A stretch of 55,976 nucleotides of DNA from Candidatus Cerribacteria bacterium 'Amazon FNV 2010 28 9' (GTDB lineage Bacteria; Patescibacteriota; Microgenomatia; UBA1400; UBA12028): NCBI GenBank assembly GCA_003176165.1, contig PSRQ01000023.1:1-55976 (forward strand). The letters run 5' to 3'. The translations under genes were made by a program, and so were the position numbers. Numbering within the stretch: position 1 is the first letter of the stretch; every line of letters begins with the position of its first letter. The notes beneath the pieces are model-generated. The model was given only the letters and a program-made list of their open reading frames with translations. It ran no database searches and was not told where the DNA came from. Positions 1-9,548 of the stretch are shown piece by piece.

Positions 1-897
1 GTCGGAGTAGGGAAAACCCACCTCATGCAAGCAGTGGGCCAAAATATCTTAAAAGATAATCCACAGTTCAACATTATTTACTGCGCAGGTGAAGAGTTTA
101 CCAACGAAATCGTTGCTGCCATCCAGACAAAAAAGACGATGCAGTTCAAGGAAAAATATCGCAAGGTCAACGTGCTTCTCATTGACGATATCCAATTTTT
201 GGCGGGGAAAACAACCGTGCAGGAAGAATTTTTCCACACATTTAATGCTGTCTCTCAATCTGGTGGACAGATTATCATGACGTCAGATCGTCCACCACAT
301 GAAATTACACTGCTAGAAGATCGGATTCGTTCGCGCTTCGAAGCAGGTCTCATTATCGACATCCAACAACCCACCTTTGAACTGCGCAGCGCCATCGTTT
401 TAATCAAAGCAGAAGCAAAAGGGATTGAGCTCTCTATGGAGATGGCACAACAAATTGCCTCGATGGTGGATAACGCACGTCGGATTGAAGGGGTGATTTC
501 CCAGCTACATAGCCAACACAACCTCATGCATAAGCCGATTACCTTAGACTTAGTCAAGTCCATCTTGGCAAAAGAAGAATCACCTACACTCACAAATACC
601 CACAATGTCAAACCGAAAGATATCGTGAAAACGGTTGCGGCACACTTCAAAGTAACGACAGCACAACTGACCGGACCAAAACGCTCACGACCTCTGGTCG
701 ATTACCGGCATATTGCCATGTTTCTCTTACATAAGGATTTAAAAATGCCTCTGGTACAGGTGGGAATGGAGTTTGGCGGACGTGACCACACCAGTATTAT
801 GCATGCTGTTGAAAAGGTGGAAGATCAACTGTCTTTTTCCGCTGAGCTACAAACAAGTGTGTCAGCAATTCGCGCAAGCCTCATGGGAAAAGGATAG
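1..897 (+). CDS. dnaA: Chromosomal replication initiator DnaA (5'-truncated by window edge)
   Basis: Frame 1 is open from base 1 (VGVGKTHLMQAVG = AAA+ Walker A). Walker B LLIDDIQF is present. The C-terminal DNA-binding signature reads IAMFLLHKDLKMPLVQVGMEFGGRDHTSIMHAVEKV. dnaN lies downstream. Confidence 0.95.
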   Translation, partial: VGVGKTHLMQAVGQNILKDNPQFNIIYCAGEEFTNEIVAAIQTKKTMQFKEKYRKVNVLLIDDIQFLAGKTTVQEEFFHTFNAVSQSGGQIIMTSDRPPHEITLLEDRIRSRFEAGLIIDIQQPTFELRSAIVLIKAEAKGIELSMEMAQQIASMVDNARRIEGVISQLHSQHNLMHKPITLDLVKSILAKEESPTLTNTHNVKPKDIVKTVAAHFKVTTAQLTGPKRSRPLVDYRHIAMFLLHKDLKMPLVQVGMEFGGRDHTSIMHAVEKVEDQLSFSAELQTSVSAIRASLMGKG

Positions 898-1300
898 AAA
901 GAGATGGAAAGTAGGGACGGTATCTAGAAAAAAGATTACTTTTCCACGGAACAAATACACAGCAAAATAAAGTGTATTTAGTCTGGAAAATTAAAACTTT
1001 TACACAGTGTGAATAAAAATGTGGAAAAATAACCGTGGAAAAGTATGAGTCAAGCGTGGGAAAAGAATGGGTAGAACTGAGGAAAGAGAGAGAAAAGTTT
1101 CGTTTGTGGAAACTTTCTCACATTGTTTTCAACAGATGAGATAGGGGGCTTCCACACGAATATTCATCGAATTTGTCGAAGAAGCGAAGAAAGAAAGTCA
1201 CATACACCACAGTACTACTACTATTGCTACTATTGTATAGAATAAGAAAAACGAACAAAGTACACATACCAATAGAAAAAATTATTCATTCCATCGACAT
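898..1300. promoter_or_regulatory. Candidate oriC: cluster of DnaA-box-like 9-mers plus an AT-rich stretch in the dnaA-dnaN spacer
   Basis: TGTGGAAAA-type motifs (reverse complement TTTTCCACA, one mismatch from TTATCCACA) at 1020-1028, 1034-1042, 1055-1064 (cgtgggaaaa) and 1105-1113 (tgtggaaac). Opposite-orientation copies at 940-948 (ttttccacg) and 1149-1157 (cttccacac). Weaker copies at 903-911 and 982-990. An AT-rich tract with actact/ctatt iterations spans about 1205-1300. Confidence 0.6.
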
Positions 1301-2407
1301 ATGTACATTACTATTCTCCAAGAAAATTTCCTCAAAAGTATCCAAGACGCAGGACGATTTACTGCACACAAAACACAACTTCCATCCTTAACAGGAATTT
1401 ATTGTCAAGCGAAAAACGGAATCATTACACTTCGTTCCACTGATCTTCACATAGGGTATCAGACAACGGTAGGAGCGAAAGTAATTGAAGAAGGTGAGTG
1501 TGTTCTTCCCTCGAAGATTGTTCAGGAGTTTATCTCATCACTCTTGGCTGGACCACTTGAGCTCAAAACAGATAAAGACTCTCTTACCCTCATTCAGGGA
1601 AAAAAAACATCGAAGATTCCTCTTTTTTCTGTGAATGATTTTCCTCCCTTTCCTGAATTTAATGGAGAAAAAATTGTATTTGATGCGCAGAATCTCACTC
1701 GTGCATTGGAGTCATGTCTCTATGCTGCGAGTTTGGATGAAACTCGTCCCGTACTAGCCTCTATCCTTTGGGACATGACAAGTGAAGGAATGACGTTTGT
1801 CTGTACGGATGGGTATCGACTTAGCTGTGTGAGGGAAACGGTGTCTATTGAACTTTCAAAGCCGCAGAAACTACTGTTACCCGCAAAAGGGGTGGGTGAG
1901 ATTACAAGCATCATCAATCGGCAAAAAAGTAAAAAAGTCAGTTTTGGGGTAAGTAATGAGCTCTCACAATCATTTTTTTTTGTAGATGACTCTATTATTC
2001 TGTTACGACTCGTTGATGGTGAGTTTCCACCGTATGAACAAGTGATTCCTCGCTCCTTCACCTTTGAAACGGGCTTGGACCGTGAAGAATGGATGATGGC
2101 CCTAAAAACTGCCCTTGTGTTTGCGAAAGAAAGTTCTTCGATTATTTCGTTATTGTTTGAAGATAAAGAGTGTATTGTTCGCTCGGCGAGCGCAAATTTA
2201 GGTGAGCAGGAGACGAGGATAAGTTCTAGCACCGCACCCAGTGAACAAAAGAAAATTTCATTTAACGGAAGGTTTTTATTGGATGTGCTCACACACTTGG
2301 AGACTCCTCAAGTCATATTTAAAATGACAGATGAGTTGAAGCCTGGAGTCATCCTTGCCGAGGGAAGTGAGTATCCAGTCAATGTAGTGATGCCGTTTAA
2401 GAGGTAA
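1301..2407 (+). CDS. dnaN: DNA polymerase III beta subunit (sliding clamp)
   Basis: 368-aa ORF directly after dnaA/oriC. Clamp-like N-terminus MYITILQENFLKSIQDAGRF...ITLRSTDLHIGY. The length fits three domains. C-terminus is PVNVVMPFKR. Confidence 0.93.
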   Translation: MYITILQENFLKSIQDAGRFTAHKTQLPSLTGIYCQAKNGIITLRSTDLHIGYQTTVGAKVIEEGECVLPSKIVQEFISSLLAGPLELKTDKDSLTLIQGKKTSKIPLFSVNDFPPFPEFNGEKIVFDAQNLTRALESCLYAASLDETRPVLASILWDMTSEGMTFVCTDGYRLSCVRETVSIELSKPQKLLLPAKGVGEITSIINRQKSKKVSFGVSNELSQSFFFVDDSIILLRLVDGEFPPYEQVIPRSFTFETGLDREEWMMALKTALVFAKESSSIISLLFEDKECIVRSASANLGEQETRISSSTAPSEQKKISFNGRFLLDVLTHLETPQVIFKMTDELKPGVILAEGSEYPVNVVMPFKR

Positions 2408-2411
2408 CACT

Positions 2412-2741
2412 TTACTTTAAATCACTGAGAAGATTTTCTACTGTTTTTTGTATTGCATCTTGGATTTCTTTTTCTATATCTTTTGTTCCGTGTTCTCGTA
2501 AGAAGCCAATATGTGTAATGTCTGAGGGATTTTCATGAAAACGGATGATGAATGACTCATGTTTTTCTTGTGGAAGTCTTTCGAGCATATACATAAGCAT
2601 GTGTGTATGGATGATTTCTTCAATATGATCAAGGATGATGGCTTTTTCTTCGACCGTCGCATCAATCCCATTCAACGTCACCTGTACTTTTTCCCAAGGA
2701 ATGAGGTGGTCATAAAATAGTGTTGACATATATATTTTCAT
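2412..2741 (-). CDS. Hypothetical small acidic protein (last gene of the T4SS-like operon)
   Basis: ORF trimmed to the ATG at 2741 (MKIYMSTLF...) to avoid overlapping the upstream gene. No recognisable motif. Confidence 0.45.
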   Translation of the reverse strand: MKIYMSTLFYDHLIPWEKVQVTLNGIDATVEEKAIILDHIEEIIHTHMLMYMLERLPQEKHESFIIRFHENPSDITHIGFLREHGTKDIEKEIQDAIQKTVENLLSDLK

Positions 2742-2772
2742 TCCAAATATCAAATACCAACTTTCAAGAACG

Positions 2773-3666
2773 TCATTTCTTTGCGATGTATCTCGGTTGT
2801 GCCTGTTCAACTGGTCCAAGAGCAATTTTCTGATTGCTCTCATCAATAAACAACATGACGACGGGACCCTTTTGTTTTCCATCTTTCATATTCAAGTATT
2901 GCATTAGCTCAGGCGATCCTCCAAAACTTTTTCCTGTCCATCCGGCAGGGCCAGCATCTGCAATATCGGCAATAATTGATTTCCCATTTTTCGGATTGAT
3001 AACCAGCATTTTACGGAACTTATAAAAGGAGACAATCTTTTTTACATTTCCTGACCAATTTGGTAAGTACATGATCGGAACTGCGACGTAGTATTTTTCT
3101 TCCAAATATGCTTCCTCCGTCATCTCTGACTTGCTTGGTGCAAAGTAGCCAAATCCTCCCAAGCCGGCTGTGATGCCTTCTTTTTGAAGTGCGTCGTGTT
3201 GGCTAACAGTATCGCCGGGATAGCGGGGAAGATGCTGTTCTTGGCCGATATATCCATACGTGGTAATCAAATGATTCCCATCCAAGTTTGCAGTAACGTT
3301 GATTCCCAATGTTTGATTGACGAGATCACTGATCCGATCTTCCGTCGGAGGAGAAAGTGGACCAATTTTTTGAGGAAGGATATTAGAAAGCTCTGTTTTC
3401 ATGATATCAGTCAACTGGTCAGTAGAAAGTTTTTCTTGTATCTGTGTGGGATGAACAACGTGCTGAATGATTGGTGCTGTTGCGAGCACCCCTCCGGCAA
3501 TGGCCGCTGCCGAAAGAATATTGGCACTGTGTCGACGTAGATCTTTAAGTGAGAATCCAAGTTCTTGAAGTTTTTTATGCGCATTCGGAAAACGCGATTG
3601 GAGTTGTTGGTTGGCTTGTTGCGCTTGGGAAGAAAGCCGAGTATGAAGATCTGTGGGGGTAGGCAT
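2773..3666 (-). CDS. Membrane-anchored protein with possible RlpA-like double-psi beta-barrel C-terminal domain
   Basis: One N-proximal TM segment (ILSAAAIAGGVLATAPII). The C-terminal pattern MLVINPKNGKSIIADIADAGPAGWTGKSFGGSPELMQYL resembles the V.N..NGKS..V.V.D.GP...DLS core of RlpA/DPBB domains. Judged by eye only. Confidence 0.55.
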   Translation of the reverse strand: MPTPTDLHTRLSSQAQQANQQLQSRFPNAHKKLQELGFSLKDLRRHSANILSAAAIAGGVLATAPIIQHVVHPTQIQEKLSTDQLTDIMKTELSNILPQKIGPLSPPTEDRISDLVNQTLGINVTANLDGNHLITTYGYIGQEQHLPRYPGDTVSQHDALQKEGITAGLGGFGYFAPSKSEMTEEAYLEEKYYVAVPIMYLPNWSGNVKKIVSFYKFRKMLVINPKNGKSIIADIADAGPAGWTGKSFGGSPELMQYLNMKDGKQKGPVVMLFIDESNQKIALGPVEQAQPRYIAKK

Positions 3667-3760
3667 AGTCGGTATTTCTATCCACTATACAAGCTCTATG
3701 CAAAAACTCAACAACTCTTTTGAGTGATTCGGAGAATGTGCGTTAAAAATGCGGAAATAG

Positions 3761-4165
3761 TTATTTTATTTCCATTGCAAGAATATCTTGTGGCCAATGA
3801 ATTTTTGAAGAAGGTGGGGATCCAAACCTATTTTTCTTTGATTGTCCTTGGGCGAAAAGCAGATAAAGAACAAACAATAAGTTGATATAGGGAACCAATT
3901 GCAGAAGGATAAACCATCCTGATTTTCCGAGATCATGCCAACGGCGAATGAAGAGAGAGAGGTTGATTGTAAGACCACAGATAGAAACAACGAGCCAGAT
4001 GAGGAAGAAGATGATAGTTGAGAATGAAGACTCGAAGGATCCTGAACTTGGAAAAAAGAAACTCATAAGTAAAAGAGGTATCATCATGCACAAAAAAACG
4101 GTAAGTATTCCCAATATGAAAGTACGCCGATTGATCCGTCCTTGGAAAAGTTTGCCGATGTCCAT
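3761..4165 (-). CDS. DUF805-family inner membrane protein
   Basis: GRINRRTF at the N-terminus, several TM helices, then IRRWHDLGKSGWFILLQLVPYINLLFVLYLLF...NRFG, the classic DUF805 pattern. Confidence 0.85.
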   Translation of the reverse strand: MDIGKLFQGRINRRTFILGILTVFLCMMIPLLLMSFFFPSSGSFESSFSTIIFFLIWLVVSICGLTINLSLFIRRWHDLGKSGWFILLQLVPYINLLFVLYLLFAQGQSKKNRFGSPPSSKIHWPQDILAMEIK

Positions 4166-4175
4166 ACAAAGTTCC

Positions 4176-6047
4176 TTATTGTTGTATCGTCGTCATTTGC
4201 TCTGGAGTGAGTTGTTGTTGCGCTTGTGCTGTCTGTTGTCTTCTTAAAATTTCTTCAGGATTGGTAGTGATGAGCGAGTACTCGACATCACTGGCGATGA
4301 CACGGATGGCGACGTGATTTTGACCTGCGAAAAAGAGACCCTCTCCGACATCTGCTGAAAGCAATAATCGTTTTTCTCCTTCAGACAAAAAGAACGTTTC
4401 TCCAAGTCGAGGGATAGCAACTGATGATTGTTTCATGAGCAATTGAATAGAGGAGTTGGAGACAATTGGTTTTCCCCATTCGCTATTCAAGAAATCTTCG
4501 ACATCTTGTGTAATGGTGGTGATTCCGAGAAAATATTTACGAGCCCGCTTAGCCATTGAGTGTAAAAATGACGCTGTATCTTTGTACTTCATAAAGTACC
4601 AGGCTTCATCGACGACTAAAATGCGTTTTTTCAAGTTGCGCTTCACTCTCGTCCAGACGAAATCAAGAATCATGAACATCGCGATTGGGCGCAACTCTTC
4701 TTCCAGCTCTTTGACAGAAAACACTGTGAATTTGTTGGTCAGGTCGAAGTTTGATTTTTGATCGAAAATTCCACGGAAACTTCCTTTTACAAATTTTTCT
4801 AACCGTGCGGCAAGATTGGCAGATTCTTGTGTTTCCATCCCGATGAGCACTTTGTAGAGATCTTCAAGCAATGGTGGTTCATTTGATTGAGTGGCAGGAT
4901 CGTGTGTAATACCTTTGGTTTTGTAGGCTGCGACGATGGCACGGTCAATGATGGCGTCTTCTGTGGGACTCATCTCGCCCATCATGACGCGCAAAAGTGA
5001 GTGAAGTGTGATGATCTTGGTTCCCAACTCATTTTGTCCTTCTTCATACACAGTCGAAAGATCGAAAGGATTGATTTTGACCGGAGAATCAAAGTTGAAG
5101 TTCACATACTCACCACCAACAGCTGTACACATATCTTCGTACTCATGTTCTGGATCGAGAATAATCATCTCTGTATCAAACATGAGATAGCGATATGCTT
5201 CCAACTTCACGGCGAATGATTTCCCTGCACCCGACTTGGCAAAGACGACCATGTTGGCATTTTCCATCGAGAAACGGTCAAATATAACAAGAGAATCATT
5301 ATGCTCGTTGATACCATACACAATTCCCGTCTCACTGGTTAACTCAGAAGAAGTGAATGGAAAAGTCGTCGCGAGGGAAGTTGTATCCATGTTGCGTGAG
5401 TACTGCAAGCGGTCAATTCCAGCAGGGAGAGTCGTTTTAAACCCTTCTTCCATCTGTAAGGTAGCGTTTTTGCTCACGATCAACAAACTTCCAAGTGTGC
5501 TCTGAATTTGTTTCGTAATTTTATTAAGTTCTTCGATGGTTGGCGATGAGATGGTGATATACAAACCAAACTGGAAGAAACGCTCTGCTCCTTTGGCAAG
5601 CTGTTCCTGGATGACGCGCGCATCTGCTAATTTGATTTCAGTATCAATATTGCTAATTTTTCCCTGCTTAATATCGGAAGAGAGCTCTGCCTCCATCTCT
5701 GTAATTTTGCGTCGCAAGTCATTTAAAATCTTGGCACTATCGACGGGGTAGATGTACATCGAAATGTCCATGGATTGGGGAAAGTTGATGAGGGGAGAAA
5801 GCCAGTTGGCGGGTACAGAACGAGGATAGCCAGAAATGAAGAGTGTACGTGTATACACAGAATTAATTCGCTGATAATTGAAATCAACTTCAATTGCCTC
5901 AGGTGCAATGATATCAAGAACGCTCACCAATCCAGACGAAAATTTTTCAAGATCTGACGACAAATCTTGTTGCTCTTTGGTTTGTGGTGTGGTTGTTACT
6001 CCCGTTTTAGTGGGAGGTTTGAGTAATGTAAATAAATTAACGGGCAT
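4176..6047 (-). CDS. virB4: VirB4/TrbE/PrgJ-family type IV secretion ATPase
   Basis: 623 aa. Walker A VFAKSGAGKSF, Walker B ILVVDEAWYF, then ARKYFLGITTITQDVEDF. The N-terminal domain has the IAPEAIEVDFNYQRINSVYTRTLFISGYPRSV pattern typical of Gram-positive VirB4 homologues. Confidence 0.9.
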   Translation of the reverse strand: MPVNLFTLLKPPTKTGVTTTPQTKEQQDLSSDLEKFSSGLVSVLDIIAPEAIEVDFNYQRINSVYTRTLFISGYPRSVPANWLSPLINFPQSMDISMYIYPVDSAKILNDLRRKITEMEAELSSDIKQGKISNIDTEIKLADARVIQEQLAKGAERFFQFGLYITISSPTIEELNKITKQIQSTLGSLLIVSKNATLQMEEGFKTTLPAGIDRLQYSRNMDTTSLATTFPFTSSELTSETGIVYGINEHNDSLVIFDRFSMENANMVVFAKSGAGKSFAVKLEAYRYLMFDTEMIILDPEHEYEDMCTAVGGEYVNFNFDSPVKINPFDLSTVYEEGQNELGTKIITLHSLLRVMMGEMSPTEDAIIDRAIVAAYKTKGITHDPATQSNEPPLLEDLYKVLIGMETQESANLAARLEKFVKGSFRGIFDQKSNFDLTNKFTVFSVKELEEELRPIAMFMILDFVWTRVKRNLKKRILVVDEAWYFMKYKDTASFLHSMAKRARKYFLGITTITQDVEDFLNSEWGKPIVSNSSIQLLMKQSSVAIPRLGETFFLSEGEKRLLLSADVGEGLFFAGQNHVAIRVIASDVEYSLITTNPEEILRRQQTAQAQQQLTPEQMTTIQQ

Positions 6048-6097
6048 ACAATATTAGATTATAGATAGTAGTTGGTAGTTTGTAGAGATATTATGCC

Positions 6098-7282
6098 CTA
6101 TAAACTGCTAACTGGCGGTGTTGGTGGCTTTAAATCACTATTAAACACAGGTTCTTCCTTCAAACTTACATTAGGTGCGATTGATGGTTGTAAGGGTGGG
6201 GTAACAGGTTGAACAAACACTGTCTGCGGTTGCATGTTCTGTGCAGTTGATTCTTGAATATTGATACTGGATATTTCCACCGAAGGTGGTGTCGGTGGTT
6301 TTAAATCCAACGGCGTTGATTGTAACGCGGATGGTGTCATGTGAAGGGTTGGTGTTTCACTGACCATTGGAGATTGTATGATTGGTTTAGGTTGTTCAAC
6401 CGTTTGTTGTGATGGCAGAGTTGCGGGATTCACCGACTGAGAAGGTTGGCTTGATGTAACTGGTGCAGCTTGAGCTGGAGACGAAGCGACAGGATTGGCA
6501 GCTACTGGAATTTGTGGTGCTGCGGGTTGAGTAGAAGGTTGTGCTTGCTCGTCTGGATGCTGGGGAAGTTGGGCTTGATCTTCACTGACACGCAAGTTTG
6601 CTTGGACGAGAGGCGTGGTGTATGCCGATGAATCACTCACTTTTAGTCCTTTTGCAGATTCTGGATTATAGATTGTATAAAAGAGCTGGATAAGCTCTTG
6701 CGTTTTGAGTTGTTGGGCGTACAAGCCGATACGGGCGCATTGATGAATTAAGTGATCCCGGCGTGGGCCTAGAATGGTGGCAGCTTTTTCCAACACGGCA
6801 TATTTGTCAAAGACAGGAACCGTTTTGGTTGTTTTCGGAAGCCCTGGGACGACCGACGCACTTCCAGGAACACCGAGTTCAATTGGTGATGCTGTAATGA
6901 TAATGTAAAACTTTTTTTCCAAGACATTGCGCTCTTGGACGAGTTGCTCAATAAACATGCGATAATCGCGAATTTGTTTTTTCTGAAGCGGATTATATGC
7001 GTGGACCTCTTGGTTCTTTAACAACTCCAGATAGCCCGAGACATCTTTTTGTTGTGAGCGAATAACAATTTCGATAGGAAAGGAAAGTGAATTGAGAAGG
7101 GCGGCATATGCATAGATCGTCGCATCCTGCTCTTCTTCGGAAAACAAATCGAAATTGATCGCGCTCGTGTTGAGCACCAAAGAACAAGATCCATCTTGGA
7201 GCAAGATGAGGTCATTGGTAATATCACTAATTTCGAGATATTTTTGTGTCGTCGACTGGATGGCGTTGGATTGCGTAACCAT
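6098..7282 (-). CDS. T4SS-associated protein: VirB4-N-domain-like region without ATPase, plus a Pro/Gln-rich tail
   Basis: The N-terminal ~220 aa (YLEISDITNDLILLQDGSCSLVLNTSAINFDLFSEEEQDATIYAYAALLNSLSFPIEIVIRSQ) parallels the non-ATPase N-domain of VirB4-like proteins. The C-terminal ~160 aa is low-complexity P/Q/S/T-rich with DLKPPTPP occurring twice. Confidence 0.7.
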   Translation of the reverse strand: MVTQSNAIQSTTQKYLEISDITNDLILLQDGSCSLVLNTSAINFDLFSEEEQDATIYAYAALLNSLSFPIEIVIRSQQKDVSGYLELLKNQEVHAYNPLQKKQIRDYRMFIEQLVQERNVLEKKFYIIITASPIELGVPGSASVVPGLPKTTKTVPVFDKYAVLEKAATILGPRRDHLIHQCARIGLYAQQLKTQELIQLFYTIYNPESAKGLKVSDSSAYTTPLVQANLRVSEDQAQLPQHPDEQAQPSTQPAAPQIPVAANPVASSPAQAAPVTSSQPSQSVNPATLPSQQTVEQPKPIIQSPMVSETPTLHMTPSALQSTPLDLKPPTPPSVEISSINIQESTAQNMQPQTVFVQPVTPPLQPSIAPNVSLKEEPVFNSDLKPPTPPVSSL

Positions 7283-7425
7283 TGTTTGATATTCTCTTTA
7301 TCTATTGTAGCGCATGCGTTTTTTGATTTTGTAGTTAGATTCCTTTGATCTAGGAAATTAGAAATATGATATATGAAATAAGAAAAGAAAAATCATATAT
7401 CTTATTTCCTATCTCTAATCTCTTT

Positions 7426-8484
7426 TTACGTTGCTTGAATAAGGATAGGTTGCAAGATCGTGTCATTGACGACAAGCAATGTCTTCTCAAACGTTAATCC
7501 ATTTTTCTCGACAGCAATTTCGTACTCACCTTTGGCAAGTGGCGTGACGATAGCAAACTGTCCCAGCGCATTGGTTTTGAGAGCTCTGGCTGGTGTGCCA
7601 TCGCTGCGGCGAACAATCTCCACGATCGCATTATCGACAATTTTTTGATCCGGAGTAAGCACCATCCCCACAACCATATTTGGTTTGCTGGGTGGTGCAG
7701 GAAAGGGAAGTGCTGTGCTCATGCGTACGGGTTGAAGTGATTCATCTGTTTTTTGCGTATGTTCGCTGCTCCCAATTTCTTGAGGAGCAATTGCTGCAAG
7801 GGGTTTGGATTCTGGTAGGGGAACAGTAGCGGTTTTTTTGACTTCGACTGGTTTTGCTGGTTCAAGCGGAGCGTTAACTGATGCCACGAATACCTCTTTT
7901 TCTGGTGCGGTTGTTTTAGCAGGAGATGATTGAATAGATGTGTCTGGTTGATTGGCATGAATAGTGGGGGTTGTAAACGTTGGTTCGATCAAAGGAGCTG
8001 AAAAGAGCTTCATGATACCATCGATGGCACCTTTTTCATCACTCCACATATCTGCTTCTTGTCCCTCTGGTGCAGAAACTGTCTGTAGAAAGTCATTGAC
8101 GCGTTGGGAACGTAAATGTGTAAGGTCAACATCTTGGACTGTAGTCGTAACCACCAGTGTGGTGGGTGCTGTATAGTCAAAAACTTCTGGGCGAGGATTG
8201 GTTTTTTTCCAGTAAAAAAGTGTGGGCTTGTAGATGGAAGCGAGGAAGGCAAAAAACCATCGATCCAGTGGGCGGCCTTCGTACGGGACAAACGCAAGCG
8301 CTGCTCCTCCCAAGACAAAGGTAATCATCAGTGGCCATTTAAACAGCGCGGGTGTACCAACCGCGTTGACGATGACAGCTCCAAGCACTCCACCTCCGAG
8401 CAAAAAAAATTGCTTGAGTGTCATTTGTCCAATCAAGTGGAACTCATAGCCGGTGACGTTTTGTGGAACTGGATGTTCTTGCAT
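7426..8484 (-). CDS. PrgI-family (VirB3-like) membrane protein fused to a carboxypeptidase-regulatory-like beta-sandwich
   Basis: N-terminus VPQNVTGYEFHLIGQMTLKQFFLLGGGVLGAVIV followed by a second TM matches the PrgI family pattern. The C-terminus MVVGMVLTPDQKIVDNAIVEIVRRSDGTPARALKTNALGQFAIVTPLAKGEYEIAVEKNG resembles a CarboxypepD_reg domain. Confidence 0.75.
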   Translation of the reverse strand: MQEHPVPQNVTGYEFHLIGQMTLKQFFLLGGGVLGAVIVNAVGTPALFKWPLMITFVLGGAALAFVPYEGRPLDRWFFAFLASIYKPTLFYWKKTNPRPEVFDYTAPTTLVVTTTVQDVDLTHLRSQRVNDFLQTVSAPEGQEADMWSDEKGAIDGIMKLFSAPLIEPTFTTPTIHANQPDTSIQSSPAKTTAPEKEVFVASVNAPLEPAKPVEVKKTATVPLPESKPLAAIAPQEIGSSEHTQKTDESLQPVRMSTALPFPAPPSKPNMVVGMVLTPDQKIVDNAIVEIVRRSDGTPARALKTNALGQFAIVTPLAKGEYEIAVEKNGLTFEKTLLVVNDTILQPILIQAT

Positions 8485-8548
8485 ACACGTGGCCCAACGT
8501 ATTCCTTATTATTGCACATCGTATCGTGTATACGAAATGGAATGGATT

Positions 8549-9547
8549 TTATTTTGAGAAGTTAATTGCAGGTGTGATCGCATTAACAGGAACAGAATTT
8601 CCGTCGACGGTTGCTGTTGCGGTGATGTGTATAAAGGGAATAAGCAGGTTTTGGTCTACATCAAATCGATATTCTATCTCCATCGTATCGATAGAAAGAG
8701 TTGAAATTTCTGAAGAAGATAATCTCTGCTGTGTGGCATCAGTCACACTGATGAGCCCCTTTTGAATATTTTGTTTAATTTGATCTGCTGTAAATGGGGT
8801 GATGACTTGATTGGTCTGCGTGACCGATATATACGGAGGAATAATGGCTTTCACGATTCCTTTTGTGCTGATGATGAATTGTAGTTGCGAAGGAACCGCA
8901 TTACCGATCCCTACTCCTGTCCCATTAAAACTCAATGTATAGATAAACATCCCTTGTGACGTTGGTATTTCACTGACTCCTGCATCTTCATCACCATTTT
9001 GGTAATAAATAACTTGCGGCGAATCAAGGTTGATCTCGGACTGAGGATATCCAATTTTTTGCAAAAATTGTTGAATATGTGTCACTGCAGTTTCCTTTGT
9101 GATCACACCATTACTTGCATTGGTATCTGACAGTGAATTGTTTGTATTCACGTATTGGATGGTTCCGTCATTCCCAAGGGGAGAGATAATAATACTTCCA
9201 TCACTACTCTGATACGCGTTTTGCACTTTCGTATTTTGCTCAAATTGAAACGCCTGTGTGGTACTGGGAAGAAAAGCTTGCGGTTGATATTGATTGACTT
9301 GCAAAACAGGAACTGGAGAAGTTGAAATGCTACTAGACGGTGAAATTGTCACTTGCTGGACTTGGATAGCATTTTTAGTGAAAAAAGTAGGCGTTTGGAT
9401 TTGAACTGCTGTTTTTTTCTGATTTGGAGTAAGAAGAACGAGAATCATTCCAATCAAAACGAAGCAACAGAGAACAACTCCTAAGGTAAGAAAAGGGTGT
9501 TTACGAATTACTTGAGCGAGTTGTTTTAAAAACTGCATGATCTTCAT
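8549..9547 (-). CDS. Single-pass membrane protein, positional candidate for a VirB8/PrgL/TcpC-like component
   Basis: Start set at the ATG at 9547, one nt after the upstream TAA stop; the track uses a GTG at 9583. There is an N-terminal TM (FLTLGVVLCCFVLIGMILVLL) and a ~300-aa extracytoplasmic part. The functional assignment is positional only. Confidence 0.65.
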   Translation of the reverse strand: MKIMQFLKQLAQVIRKHPFLTLGVVLCCFVLIGMILVLLTPNQKKTAVQIQTPTFFTKNAIQVQQVTISPSSSISTSPVPVLQVNQYQPQAFLPSTTQAFQFEQNTKVQNAYQSSDGSIIISPLGNDGTIQYVNTNNSLSDTNASNGVITKETAVTHIQQFLQKIGYPQSEINLDSPQVIYYQNGDEDAGVSEIPTSQGMFIYTLSFNGTGVGIGNAVPSQLQFIISTKGIVKAIIPPYISVTQTNQVITPFTADQIKQNIQKGLISVTDATQQRLSSSEISTLSIDTMEIEYRFDVDQNLLIPFIHITATATVDGNSVPVNAITPAINFSK

Positions 9548-9548
9548 A

